Assembly (NCBI GenBank): GCA_026014495.1
Contig: JAOZIF010000184.1
Coordinates: forward strand, 1 to 28,340
Direction of reading: 5' to 3'
DNA length: 28,340 nt
Source of the DNA: Candidatus Bathyarchaeum sp.
GTDB taxonomy: Archaea; Thermoproteota; Bathyarchaeia; Bathyarchaeales; Bathyarchaeaceae
How positions within the stretch are numbered: position 1 is the first letter of the stretch; every line of letters starts with the position of its first letter. The translations under genes were made by a program, and so were the position numbers. Positions 17,898 through 26,358 of the stretch are shown in pieces. Below the pieces are notes generated by a model. The model saw only the letters and a list, made by a program, of their open reading frames with translations, made no database searches and was not told where the DNA came from.

Positions 17898-18425
17898 ATG
17901 AAAACAAGTGAAATAAGTTTAACAATACTACTTACAAGCCTGTACGCAGTTCTTGTAATTGTTTTAGCTCCAATATCTTATGGTCCAATTCAGTTGCGTG
18001 TTGCTGATTGCCTGATTCCCTTAGCAGCTTTGTTTGGTTGGCCAGCAATTGCTGGAGTAACTCTTGGCTGCTTCTTGGGCAACGCATACTGTTGGCTGGG
18101 TCCACAGGACGTAATCTTGGGACCAATAGCTAACCTTGTCGGAGCATACATCATCTTTAGGCTTAGAAAACGACCATTCACGGCATCTGTTGCAGGTTCT
18201 TTGCCTATCGGAATCATTGTAGGCGGCTACCTTTGGCTGTTCTTTGGATTCGAAGCAGACATGCTTGGATTGCAGCTTCCAGTATGGGGCACAATGATTG
18301 TAAGCATCACAATTAGCACTTTAATTGCAGTTGCAGGAATCGGTTATGGCCTACTCAGAACACTAAGCAGCTCTAGTATTGTTAACGCACTAAAGTCGCG
18401 TGGACTGAAAATATACCAAGATTGA
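17898..18425 (+). CDS. queT: QueT family ECF-type S component (7-deazaguanine precursor transporter family)
   Basis: LYAVLVIVLAPISYGPIQLRVADCL...GVTLGCFLGN...DVILGPIANLVGA family signature. Confidence 0.9.
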   Translation: MKTSEISLTILLTSLYAVLVIVLAPISYGPIQLRVADCLIPLAALFGWPAIAGVTLGCFLGNAYCWLGPQDVILGPIANLVGAYIIFRLRKRPFTASVAGSLPIGIIVGGYLWLFFGFEADMLGLQLPVWGTMIVSITISTLIAVAGIGYGLLRTLSSSSIVNALKSRGLKIYQD

Positions 18426-18640
18426 AACTGCACAGATACCTGTGTGCGCCTCAAAGAAACCATATGAACCTTTGAGGTTCCCCCGTTTCAACATGTAACT
18501 AGACTATAATCCGTTAATATTAACCAATGAATTAGCAAACGAACTACAAACTAGTTTGATTGTAGAGACTTTTATTAAGCAACAACCGCCAAAGTTTATG
18601 TGTGTAGCCGTTTGCGCTTTGGTGTGAGGCTGCTTTTATC

Positions 18641-19747
18641 TTGCAAGCCAGAATTGTGATGCTAGTTGATTTGGACTATTTCTTTGCACAATGTGAGGAG
18701 CTCCGAAAACCCTCCATAAAGGGCAAACCAGTGGTTGTTTGTGTTTATTCTGGGCGCACAAAAGACAGCGGAGCCGTAAGCACAGCAAACTATGTTGCCA
18801 GAAAATATGGCGTAACATCTGGGATTCCAATATCTTTAGCAAAAAAGAAGCTCCAAGATGTAGACGCGATTTTTTTGCCCGTTGATAAGGAGTTCTACAA
18901 GGAAATTTCGGGCAACATAATGGAGATTCTTAGAGGATATGCAGACCATTTTGAGCAAGTTAGCGTAGATGAAGCATACCTTGACGTGACGCACAGAACA
19001 AAAGCAAACTATCAGCGTGCAAAACAGTTGGCAGAGACAATAAAAGACGACATTTTGACCCAGCAGCAACTCACCTGCTCAATTGGTGTTGGACCTAACA
19101 AGCTCATTGCCAAGATAGCAGCAGACATCCAAAAACCTGACGGCTTGACGTTGGTTAAGCCCGAGCAAGTTAAACGGTTCTTGGCGCCTTTGCCTGTACG
19201 CCGTTTAGTGGGTGTAGGAAAAAAGACTGAAAAGAGGCTGGAAACTCTAGGCGTCAGAACTGTTAGCCAGCTAGCTAGCTTTGATGTGCAGCGGCTAATC
19301 GATGTTTTTGGAAGAAAACTGGGAACATACTTTCATAACGCGTCTTTGGGGTTTGATGATGACCCTGTTCAGGAAAAAGGCGAACCAGAATCAGTGAGCC
19401 GAATCTCTACGCTCAAAGAGGACACAACAAATTTGGGGGTTATACTTGATAAGGCTTACAGGTTATGCGATGATGTTCACTCTAAGTTGCTGAGTCTGGA
19501 GCTAATGTACAGGTCAGTTAGTGTGTATGTTGTTGGTAGTGACCTTAGTACGCACAGCAGGTCAAAGACTTTCGAGAATCCAACAAGCAGCCTAGAATCA
19601 TTCAAAACAGCTGTGAAAGAGCTTTTTGAAAAATTCTTAGCCGAATCTGATGTGGAGGCAAGAAGGGTAGGAGTCAAGCTTTCAAGTTTAACTAAAAAAG
19701 AGGCTAAACAAAAACAGTTAACAAGCTTTTTTGGCGGCTCCAGCTAA
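18641..19747 (+). CDS. dinB: Y-family DNA polymerase IV (DinB/Dpo4)
   Basis: VDLDYFFAQCEE, TANYVARKYGVTSG, QVSVDEAYLD, IGVGPNKLIAKIAAD, RRVGVKLS. Confidence 0.97.
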   Translation: MQARIVMLVDLDYFFAQCEELRKPSIKGKPVVVCVYSGRTKDSGAVSTANYVARKYGVTSGIPISLAKKKLQDVDAIFLPVDKEFYKEISGNIMEILRGYADHFEQVSVDEAYLDVTHRTKANYQRAKQLAETIKDDILTQQQLTCSIGVGPNKLIAKIAADIQKPDGLTLVKPEQVKRFLAPLPVRRLVGVGKKTEKRLETLGVRTVSQLASFDVQRLIDVFGRKLGTYFHNASLGFDDDPVQEKGEPESVSRISTLKEDTTNLGVILDKAYRLCDDVHSKLLSLELMYRSVSVYVVGSDLSTHSRSKTFENPTSSLESFKTAVKELFEKFLAESDVEARRVGVKLSSLTKKEAKQKQLTSFFGGSS

Positions 19748-19757
19748 ACTGGATGCT

Positions 19758-20915
19758 TTATCGTTTTTTCAGTTTGATTACAGCAACGGCAGCCACGATA
19801 ATCAATATGACCACAAGAATCAGGTATACTGCTTCTGTAGGCAAAGCCGATGACGCGGATGATGAGCCTTCTGTTTGTGGTTGCTCAGTTTCAGGGTTTA
19901 TTGAAACTTCAGGGTAATCCATAAGTGGATAGTTGTCTTGGTTGCCTTCATACAAAACCTGACTATAGTCACCTATTCCGTCGCCGTTAGCATCTGCTCC
20001 GGCATAGTTGCTCCAGTAGTTGCCTTCGACACCATTATCCCAACTATTTTGTGACAGTTGGCCAGTTAATGCCTCGGTGTCACTTACTAGCTCTGTGACG
20101 TTAATGAAGTAGTTGCGGTATATCGTGTTGCCTGATGACTCGCCTATCAACACGCCTTGCTCGCTGTTTATCACAAAGTTTTCTGTGACCATGTTGCTTT
20201 GGCTGCCAAATATTAGCAGGGTTCCTTTGTTGAGTATGTTTCTGTAGACTGTGTTGTTTGGTGAGGACCACAGCATAAGTGCACCAAACTCGTCTGTAAT
20301 GTCTGATATCATGTTTTTGGAGACTGTGTTGCCTGAGGATAGGTCCAAAGAAATTCCGGATACTGTGGCGCCTGTTATGCTGTTTTCTGAGATTATGTTG
20401 TCTAGCGCGTCAATGAGTTCAATGGAGCGTTCATTGTCATCTAAAATGTTTCCAGAAACCGTGTTGCCTGACGAACGACCGTAAACGGTTATTCCCACAA
20501 GATTATTTTTTATCGAATTGTTTTCGATGACACAATCACTCACGTTTGCGAGGCTGACCGCGTAGCCCTGCAATTCTTCAGAGTTTGTTATCGTGAATCC
20601 TGTTATGTGCACATTGTTTGATGTTACTAAAAACCCCAACACACTATGGTAATAAAGCAAGCTTTTTTGCTCATCGCCAACAAGGGAAACTGACTTGTTT
20701 ACTGTAATCAACTCTTCATTGTATGTTCCTGCTTTAACAAGAATTGTGTCGCCGCTGTTTGCGGCATTGATGGCGTCTTGGATTTTTTCATAGTCATCGG
20801 GAACCGTTATTGTCTTTGGTTCTGAGGATGCGCTTGTGAAGTTGAAGCACATAGTTAAAGTTCCAATAAAAAGAATCATCAAAAGAATTGTTGTGGGAAC
20901 AGTCTTCATTTTCAT
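19758..20915 (-). CDS. Secreted right-handed beta-helix (NosD/CASH-like) protein with C-terminal TM anchor
   Basis: Signal peptide, TITVPDDYEKIQDAINAA..GDTILVKAGTY, Asn-rich repeats, WDNGVEGNYWSNY.G.DANGDGIGD...DNYPL, C-terminal TM + KLKKR. Confidence 0.9.
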   Translation of the reverse strand: MKMKTVPTTILLMILFIGTLTMCFNFTSASSEPKTITVPDDYEKIQDAINAANSGDTILVKAGTYNEELITVNKSVSLVGDEQKSLLYYHSVLGFLVTSNNVHITGFTITNSEELQGYAVSLANVSDCVIENNSIKNNLVGITVYGRSSGNTVSGNILDDNERSIELIDALDNIISENSITGATVSGISLDLSSGNTVSKNMISDITDEFGALMLWSSPNNTVYRNILNKGTLLIFGSQSNMVTENFVINSEQGVLIGESSGNTIYRNYFINVTELVSDTEALTGQLSQNSWDNGVEGNYWSNYAGADANGDGIGDYSQVLYEGNQDNYPLMDYPEVSINPETEQPQTEGSSSASSALPTEAVYLILVVILIIVAAVAVIKLKKR

Positions 20916-21119
20916 TTCAAGTCAAATCAGTTAAATCTTTGGTTAATAAAACAGTTTGGATAAAAGAACAGTTTCTATTTCTCAATCTAGAACAGGACAA
21001 CAAAATTGTGTAAACCCCGTTTTTGGTGTATGTTGTCCCCTTTTGTTGTGGTGTAACTCTCCAATATTTAGCGAAAATGTCATAAATTAGATGCATATAC
21101 AATAAAGGTGGTTTGAATT

Positions 21120-21407
21120 GTGTTTGATGAACAACAGTTACGCCAAGTTTCCGACATATTCAGCGCCTTGGGTAGCCCTACACGATTAAAAATTATTGAG
21201 CTTGTAAGTGAAACCCAAAGACCGTTGCACATAAAGGCTGTAGCTCAGGTGCTAAAGAAGGACTACGCTGCTGTTTATCGACATATTGGAGTTCTGGAAA
21301 AATGCGGGCTGGTGGGGGTTTATGAGGTTGGACGCTCGCGTGTGATTTATTTGAAGAATGTGGACCTTGTTAATGAGTGTGTTCGAACAGTAAAGAAGAT
21401 GCTCTGA
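21120..21407 (+). CDS. ArsR-like winged-HTH regulator
   Basis: IFSALGSPTRLKIIELV...HIKAVAQVLKKDYAAVYRHIGVLEKCGLV...GRSRVIYL. Confidence 0.88.
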   Translation: MFDEQQLRQVSDIFSALGSPTRLKIIELVSETQRPLHIKAVAQVLKKDYAAVYRHIGVLEKCGLVGVYEVGRSRVIYLKNVDLVNECVRTVKKML

Positions 21408-21506
21408 ACGCGCTAATATTAGTTGACAAAAAAGACATATTGTTTTACAAAAAACATAAATATGGTTTAGCGTACACTCTCTTCTTCTCTAAAAGGTGAC
21501 GCACAT

Positions 21507-22067
21507 TTGCAACGATTAGACACCAGAAAACTTGCATTAGCCAGCATGCTCGCTGGCTTGTCTTGCGTGTTCGAGATAATACCTGGACCACCATTTGACA
21601 TACCCTTTCCACTTTACAACAGAGTCTCATGGGACTTAACTGGAATGCCAATGATGCTTAGTCTGCTCTTCACAGGTCCCATAGGCGCATTATACACGTG
21701 CCTTATCGGGTGTTCTTTTATTTTTCTGCGAGGCAACCTTTACGGTGGCATATTCAAAATCATAGCTGAACTGGCAACCATCTTGGCGTTTGCTGCAATC
21801 CGCAAAGGCTTCATACCCAAATCGATTTCAGCGGTTGTATCTCGGGTTCTTGTAATGACAGCAGCAAATTACTGGCTGCTCCCGATATTCTACAGCATGC
21901 CTGAAGCGACTGTTGTTGGTATTCTCCCCGCACTGGCTATAATGAATGGAACCCAAGCCTTGATTAACATCATTCCCGCCCAGATTGTTTACTCCCGATT
22001 GGGAGATTGGTGGAGATTGCGTCTCCAAAAAACAGAACCCATTGAACAGGTTCCGCTTAAAACATAA
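21507..22067 (+). CDS. ECF transporter S component (RibU/PanT-like vitamin uptake)
   Basis: TRKLALASML, SWDLTGMPMMLSLLFTGP, SRVLVMTAANY, six TM helices; substrate not assignable. Confidence 0.8.
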   Translation: MQRLDTRKLALASMLAGLSCVFEIIPGPPFDIPFPLYNRVSWDLTGMPMMLSLLFTGPIGALYTCLIGCSFIFLRGNLYGGIFKIIAELATILAFAAIRKGFIPKSISAVVSRVLVMTAANYWLLPIFYSMPEATVVGILPALAIMNGTQALINIIPAQIVYSRLGDWWRLRLQKTEPIEQVPLKT

Positions 22068-22072
22068 ACTAT

Positions 22073-22166
22073 TGGTGGACTGGGCGGGATTTGAACCCGC
22101 GGCTTCTGCCTTTTTCTGCCAATGGCGTGCGAAGGCAGCGTTCATACCAGACTGAACTACCAGCCC
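22073..22166 (-). tRNA. trnA: tRNA-Ala(CGC) with 16-nt intron at canonical 37/38 (intron 22112..22127); CCA encoded
   Basis: Reverse complement: GGGCTGG TA GTTC AGTCTGGTAT GAAC G CTGCC TT CGC A|CGCCATTGGCAGAAAA|A GGCAG ... GGTTCAAATCC CGC CCAGTCC A CCA; G3:U70 Ala identity pair. Confidence 0.95.
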
Positions 22167-22382
22167 CTCTCGTATCGTGAATCAAGGACAATATTTAACG
22201 TTATTGAATACGTTGCTGGCGGCATGGTTGGGGCTTCAGAGTTTTTTTCTTGTCTTGTTTGGACAATAGACTTTTTCAAAAACGTAAAACAGATTTTATG
22301 ACCAAAAATGTGCGTAAGAGAAAAAACAGTTTTATTTTGTAGCTATGTTAGGTGTATGTTCAAAAGTTGGAGTTGCAAGGGG

Positions 22383-22868
22383 ATGGATTGTAAGTCGCGA
22401 CCTGATTGGGACAGGTATTTTTTGGATTTGTGTGAGGCTGTTTCTAAGCGTGCTACCTGTGATAGGGGAAAGGCAGGCTGTGTAATTGTTAAGGACAGAA
22501 GAATCATGACAACAGGTTATGTTGGAGCGCCTGCTGGGTTGCCACATTGTGACGAGGCAGGTCATGACATGAGACGAGTTTTGAACGAGAATGGAACTGT
22601 TTCCCAGCATTGTGTGCGTACTTTGCATGCTGAACAGAACGCAATTATTCAGGCTGCAAAATTTGGAATCCCTCTTGATGGTTCTACCCTGTATTGTAAG
22701 ATGACTCCGTGCAGAACATGTGCCATGATAATAATAAATTCTGGAATAATACGTGTTGTCTGCGAGAAACACTACCACGCGGACAAAGACACAATAGAGT
22801 TGTTCAAGCTGGCTGGCGTCGAATTAGTTGTCGTAAACGACGAAGTTGAAAAATACGACAGGCAGTAA
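22383..22868 (+). CDS. dCMP deaminase / ComEB family zinc deaminase
   Basis: RPDWDRYF, RATCDR, TGYVGAP, HAEQNAI and PCRTC zinc ligands. Confidence 0.93.
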   Translation: MDCKSRPDWDRYFLDLCEAVSKRATCDRGKAGCVIVKDRRIMTTGYVGAPAGLPHCDEAGHDMRRVLNENGTVSQHCVRTLHAEQNAIIQAAKFGIPLDGSTLYCKMTPCRTCAMIIINSGIIRVVCEKHYHADKDTIELFKLAGVELVVVNDEVEKYDRQ

Positions 22869-22955
22869 CCTGTTTGAGTCTCAAAAACGTGTACATCCAC
22901 GCCCTTTAGAATAAATTATGTTATTTCTCCAGAAAACTTTCTGTCACAAAGCGGC

Positions 22956-23081
22956 TTACACAATTTTTTCAGGGTTCTTTTCTATGTGCTCTTCCCATTT
23001 TGTGATGAGGATGTCACGTTTGCTCTGCAAATTTTTCCATCGTTCAAAGTAGATTGAGTTGTTTCTGGTTTGTTTGAACAT
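22956..23081 (-). CDS. Possible 41-aa small protein (not in ORF track)
   Basis: MFKQTRNNSIYFERWKNLQSKRDILITKWEEHIEKNPEKIV*; ATG 30 nt after the stop of the ClpP-like gene on the same strand; no clear RBS. Confidence 0.4.
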   Translation of the reverse strand: MFKQTRNNSIYFERWKNLQSKRDILITKWEEHIEKNPEKIV

Positions 23082-23111
23082 CTTTTATGTGTTCAACACT
23101 TTTGGCATTTT

Positions 23112-24026
23112 TCAGCGCCTAACTGTCCGTTTTGTATCACGTTCTTCTGAAATCACAAACCTGATAATGTGTTTATCAGCGCTTTGCAGCATATACATTG
23201 CCAGCCATTCTCGGAACATGTTCCACTCTTCTGGAAACTCGCTGTGGGATACCACTTTTAGTCCAATCTTTTTGGCTTTTTCGATGGTTATTACTTCATC
23301 ATGTGTTTTGAATCCTCTTACGATTTTTTTGCTTATCTTTTTGCATTCTGTTTTGTTGTATCCACTGCCTTCCAGAATTTCACAGATGTAGCCTTCCATT
23401 AAACTCAATGACGCAAGAGCATCCCTGATGTCTACGCTATCAAACTTGTCTGCAAGAGCCTTGTAGCTGTAGGGTGCGTCTTCTATTGCCCTTTCATCAA
23501 ACAGGGTTGTAACAAACTGGTGTGCGTCTACAACAGAGTTTGCGGATACAACGCCTTCTCCACTTTGTGCCTGTGGGTCAAGGGGGGATAGTTGGCTCAT
23601 CATTCCCATTACTATTTTGTTTCCTGTGAGGGCAAGAAGGGTTCCTCCGCTTGCTGCGATGTGTGGGACAAAGACTATGATTTCTTTGAATGCTTGTCTT
23701 AGTGCTCGTGCTATTTTGTATGACGATTGCACTAATCCTCCGGGGCTGTTAACTAGAAATAATAGTTTTTGGGCATCAGTTCTTGTTTGTATTTGATTAA
23801 TTGCTGTTTCTACGGCAAATTCTTCGGATAGTCCCATCTGTGCGTTTACTGTTTTTGTTGGAGAAACTTTGAGTCCAACGTATGGGGCGATGCATGCCAT
23901 TAGAACGGCGTTGTGTTTTTTGCTGATTTGGGTTAGTTTTTCTGAAAGCAGTGAGTCGTCTTCTTCGTTTACATCAATTATTTTGGTTATAGAATCGACA
24001 GTTTCTACCATAAGGTCTGCCTTCAA
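23112..24026 (-). CDS. SDH family ClpP-like serine protease
   Basis: LVNSPGG, AASGGT (Ser), LSPLDPQ (Asp), KTHDEVI (His): Ser-Asp-His order. Start may be ATG 24011. Confidence 0.88.
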   Translation of the reverse strand: MKADLMVETVDSITKIIDVNEEDDSLLSEKLTQISKKHNAVLMACIAPYVGLKVSPTKTVNAQMGLSEEFAVETAINQIQTRTDAQKLLFLVNSPGGLVQSSYKIARALRQAFKEIIVFVPHIAASGGTLLALTGNKIVMGMMSQLSPLDPQAQSGEGVVSANSVVDAHQFVTTLFDERAIEDAPYSYKALADKFDSVDIRDALASLSLMEGYICEILEGSGYNKTECKKISKKIVRGFKTHDEVITIEKAKKIGLKVVSHSEFPEEWNMFREWLAMYMLQSADKHIIRFVISEERDTKRTVRR

Positions 24027-24154
24027 AGAATTATTAATTCTATTTCTTTGCGGTAAACAGATTTAAGTTTTTACACGAATTTCTTCGTCACATAAGTATA
24101 TAACAATAAATTTACTACATTATGCATAATAACTAACGTCAAGAAGTGATCGGT

Positions 24155-24352
24155 ATGAGTGACCCAGTGAAATATTTTGAAACCAAACTAAAGGGCATGT
24201 GTTTGGCTGAGCTTAAAGCTTACATGAAACGTTTGGACGAGAGCATAACCCAAAAGATTGCACAAACTGCACCCAACGAACAAATCGCACCGCTTATACT
24301 ATACCGCGGCATAGTGGAACACGAAATGAAAACAAGAATGAACCAAAAATAA
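24155..24352 (+). CDS. Small helical hypothetical protein (65 aa)
   Basis: MSDPVKYFETKLKGM...LILYRGIVEHE; amphipathic helices, ATG start with upstream TATA-like region. Confidence 0.7.
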   Translation: MSDPVKYFETKLKGMCLAELKAYMKRLDESITQKIAQTAPNEQIAPLILYRGIVEHEMKTRMNQK

Positions 24353-24523
24353 TCCATAAGTTACTTCAAACTGGTACACACGAGACTCCAAAATTTTATT
24401 CTTTATTAATATACATTTCTAGATAAATGCCATAATATATAATACGTTTTTCAAATTCATATACTTTAAAAGCTCCAACTTTAAACCATTTATACGATTA
24501 TCAAAAAATGCGGTTTGAGCATT

Positions 24524-25234
24524 ATGGAAACAGTAGACCTTAAAAACGTAGTTTTTACTGGAATCAAAAGAACTGTGAACAAATTCAGAGAACACCCTTG
24601 TCTTTTCTTCACTGAGATGGATATTCATTCTTATCTTTACCATTGTTTATACAGTAGCAAGCTTGAAGTAAACACAAAAGATAGAGTAGTCACTACATGT
24701 TTACATAAGGAGTACCCAACCAATTTTAGATTCGATAAAAAAAGTATGAGAGATTATGGGCTGGACCGAGAAGGTCGAAGAGGAAATTATGATTTTGTGG
24801 TTCTTAATCCTAATTTTGTAGCAGAGTTTGATATACAAAATGTAGTGAACAAAAACGTTAGAGATGTTGAAGCTAGAAGCCGAAACGAAGACAAGTTTAG
24901 AAATGAACTTGTGGCAGCTATTGAATTGAAATATGTAATTAACAACAAAAAACAGTTTATCAAAGAAGTTAAAAAAGACATAGAAAAGTTATCCTTAGCT
25001 CAGAATAGACAAAATTTCGAAGCCTACGTCATTGTTTTTTGCAATCACAAATACCGCTATTTGGACGACTTAAAACAGGTTATTATCAAAAAAGATCAAA
25101 AAGTTAAGCGCCTCCTTGTCATCTCTTATTATACAAAGTCTGGGAAAGTAACTCCTAAACCAATGACAAATGGCTGGATCATATATTGGTCTCTGATTTG
25201 TAAATACGAAGAGAATAGAATACGCTATTTTTGA
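24524..25234 (+). CDS. Hypothetical protein, probable PD-(D/E)xK nuclease fold
   Basis: FFTEMDIHSYLY helix, GNYDFVVL strand and AAIELKY motif; AT-rich, Lys-rich. Confidence 0.6.
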   Translation: METVDLKNVVFTGIKRTVNKFREHPCLFFTEMDIHSYLYHCLYSSKLEVNTKDRVVTTCLHKEYPTNFRFDKKSMRDYGLDREGRRGNYDFVVLNPNFVAEFDIQNVVNKNVRDVEARSRNEDKFRNELVAAIELKYVINNKKQFIKEVKKDIEKLSLAQNRQNFEAYVIVFCNHKYRYLDDLKQVIIKKDQKVKRLLVISYYTKSGKVTPKPMTNGWIIYWSLICKYEENRIRYF

Positions 25235-25272
25235 AGAAATAACTCCACACAGTATTCAACAGTTAAACACGT

Positions 25273-26358
25273 CTAGTAAACCAGTTTTTCTAGTTCCTTG
25301 TTTGCTACTGCATTTTTTATTTCTCGGGCGATTCTTCTGCCCATGTACATTCCTTCACCGTACTTGAGGTAGGCGTACGGTGATGTTCCGATGCCCACGT
25401 TGCTTCCTGCAACTATTCTTGCAGAAATTTCGAAGGTGTAAATTTTCAGGTCGTCCGTGATGACTGTTTCAAGACAGAATGGTCCTATCATGCCTGGTGG
25501 GGCAATTTGTTTTGATAGTTTGACCACGTTTTCTGCCATTGTAAGAATCTCGGGCAGAAGTGATTCTCGTGCGACTATTGGAAAGTTGCCGACAACAGTG
25601 TATGTCGGGTTCACTTTGATTTCCAGTTGTTCTTGTGCTGGTATTTTTCCGATACTATCTACGGTGGATTCGTAGCGCCTGTCCATTCCCAGAAGTTCAA
25701 CTTCATTTGTGAGGGGCGAATAGAAGTATAGTGGGTACGCGTTTACGCCTATGATGTATTCTTGGAAGTGGATGTTCTCCAAGTTTTGTTTAGTTATGTG
25801 CCCCCGTTTCACCATATCCGCCGACTTTGTGTGAAACGCTTTTGCTGACTCTACAATGAAGTAGCCTTTTCCGCCCATTGCACCCGGAAACTTGGCAATA
25901 ACCAGCCTGTCTATTTCTTCAGGGTCATTGAACGTTTTAGGCAACCTTAATCCTGCTTTTTGCAGCCATTCTTTTTGTTTTTCTCTGTTTGTTTCCCAGT
26001 GCAAAAGTTGCCTGTTGCCAAACATGGGCAACTCTAGGCGGTCTATCATCTGGTTTGTTCCAACATACGCGTTAAAGGAGCCGTGAGGAACCAGAATTGT
26101 GTTTAGCTGTTTTAGTTGTTGCTGGACTTTTTCATCCAAAAATTCGCTGTAGTCGTCTATTAGAATGATTTTGTCTGCAAGTGGAAACCGTTTATAGATG
26201 ATTTCGTTTTCTTTTTTGCAGATGCAAACTGTTTTGAAGCCTTCCTCTTTGGCTCCTTTGAATATATTAAGTGCAGAGTGGGAGCCAATTGTTCCCACTG
26301 TAATGTTTTTTGGATCATAGTCCCGAAGCGTGTCGTTTATTTCATTTTTAGGTATCAC
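25273..26358 (-). CDS. purP: Formate-dependent AICAR formyltransferase (FAICAR synthetase) PurP
   Basis: GTIGSHSALNIFKGAKEEGF, VPHGSF, GGKGYF, GMDRRYES, MIGPFCLE, FEISARIVAGSN. Confidence 0.93.
   Translation of the reverse strand: MIPKNEINDTLRDYDPKNITVGTIGSHSALNIFKGAKEEGFKTVCICKKENEIIYKRFPLADKIILIDDYSEFLDEKVQQQLKQLNTILVPHGSFNAYVGTNQMIDRLELPMFGNRQLLHWETNREKQKEWLQKAGLRLPKTFNDPEEIDRLVIAKFPGAMGGKGYFIVESAKAFHTKSADMVKRGHITKQNLENIHFQEYIIGVNAYPLYFYSPLTNEVELLGMDRRYESTVDSIGKIPAQEQLEIKVNPTYTVVGNFPIVARESLLPEILTMAENVVKLSKQIAPPGMIGPFCLETVITDDLKIYTFEISARIVAGSNVGIGTSPYAYLKYGEGMYMGRRIAREIKNAVANKELEKLVY

Noticed and set aside
22073-22166. tRNA genes as integration sites of a provirus or island
   Set aside because: No duplicated tRNA 3' fragment (att site) and no integrase or viral genes seen in the window.
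22383-22868. Deaminase as an anti-phage dCTP deaminase
   Set aside because: Short single-domain ComEB-type protein lacking the kinase-like domain of defence dCTP deaminases.
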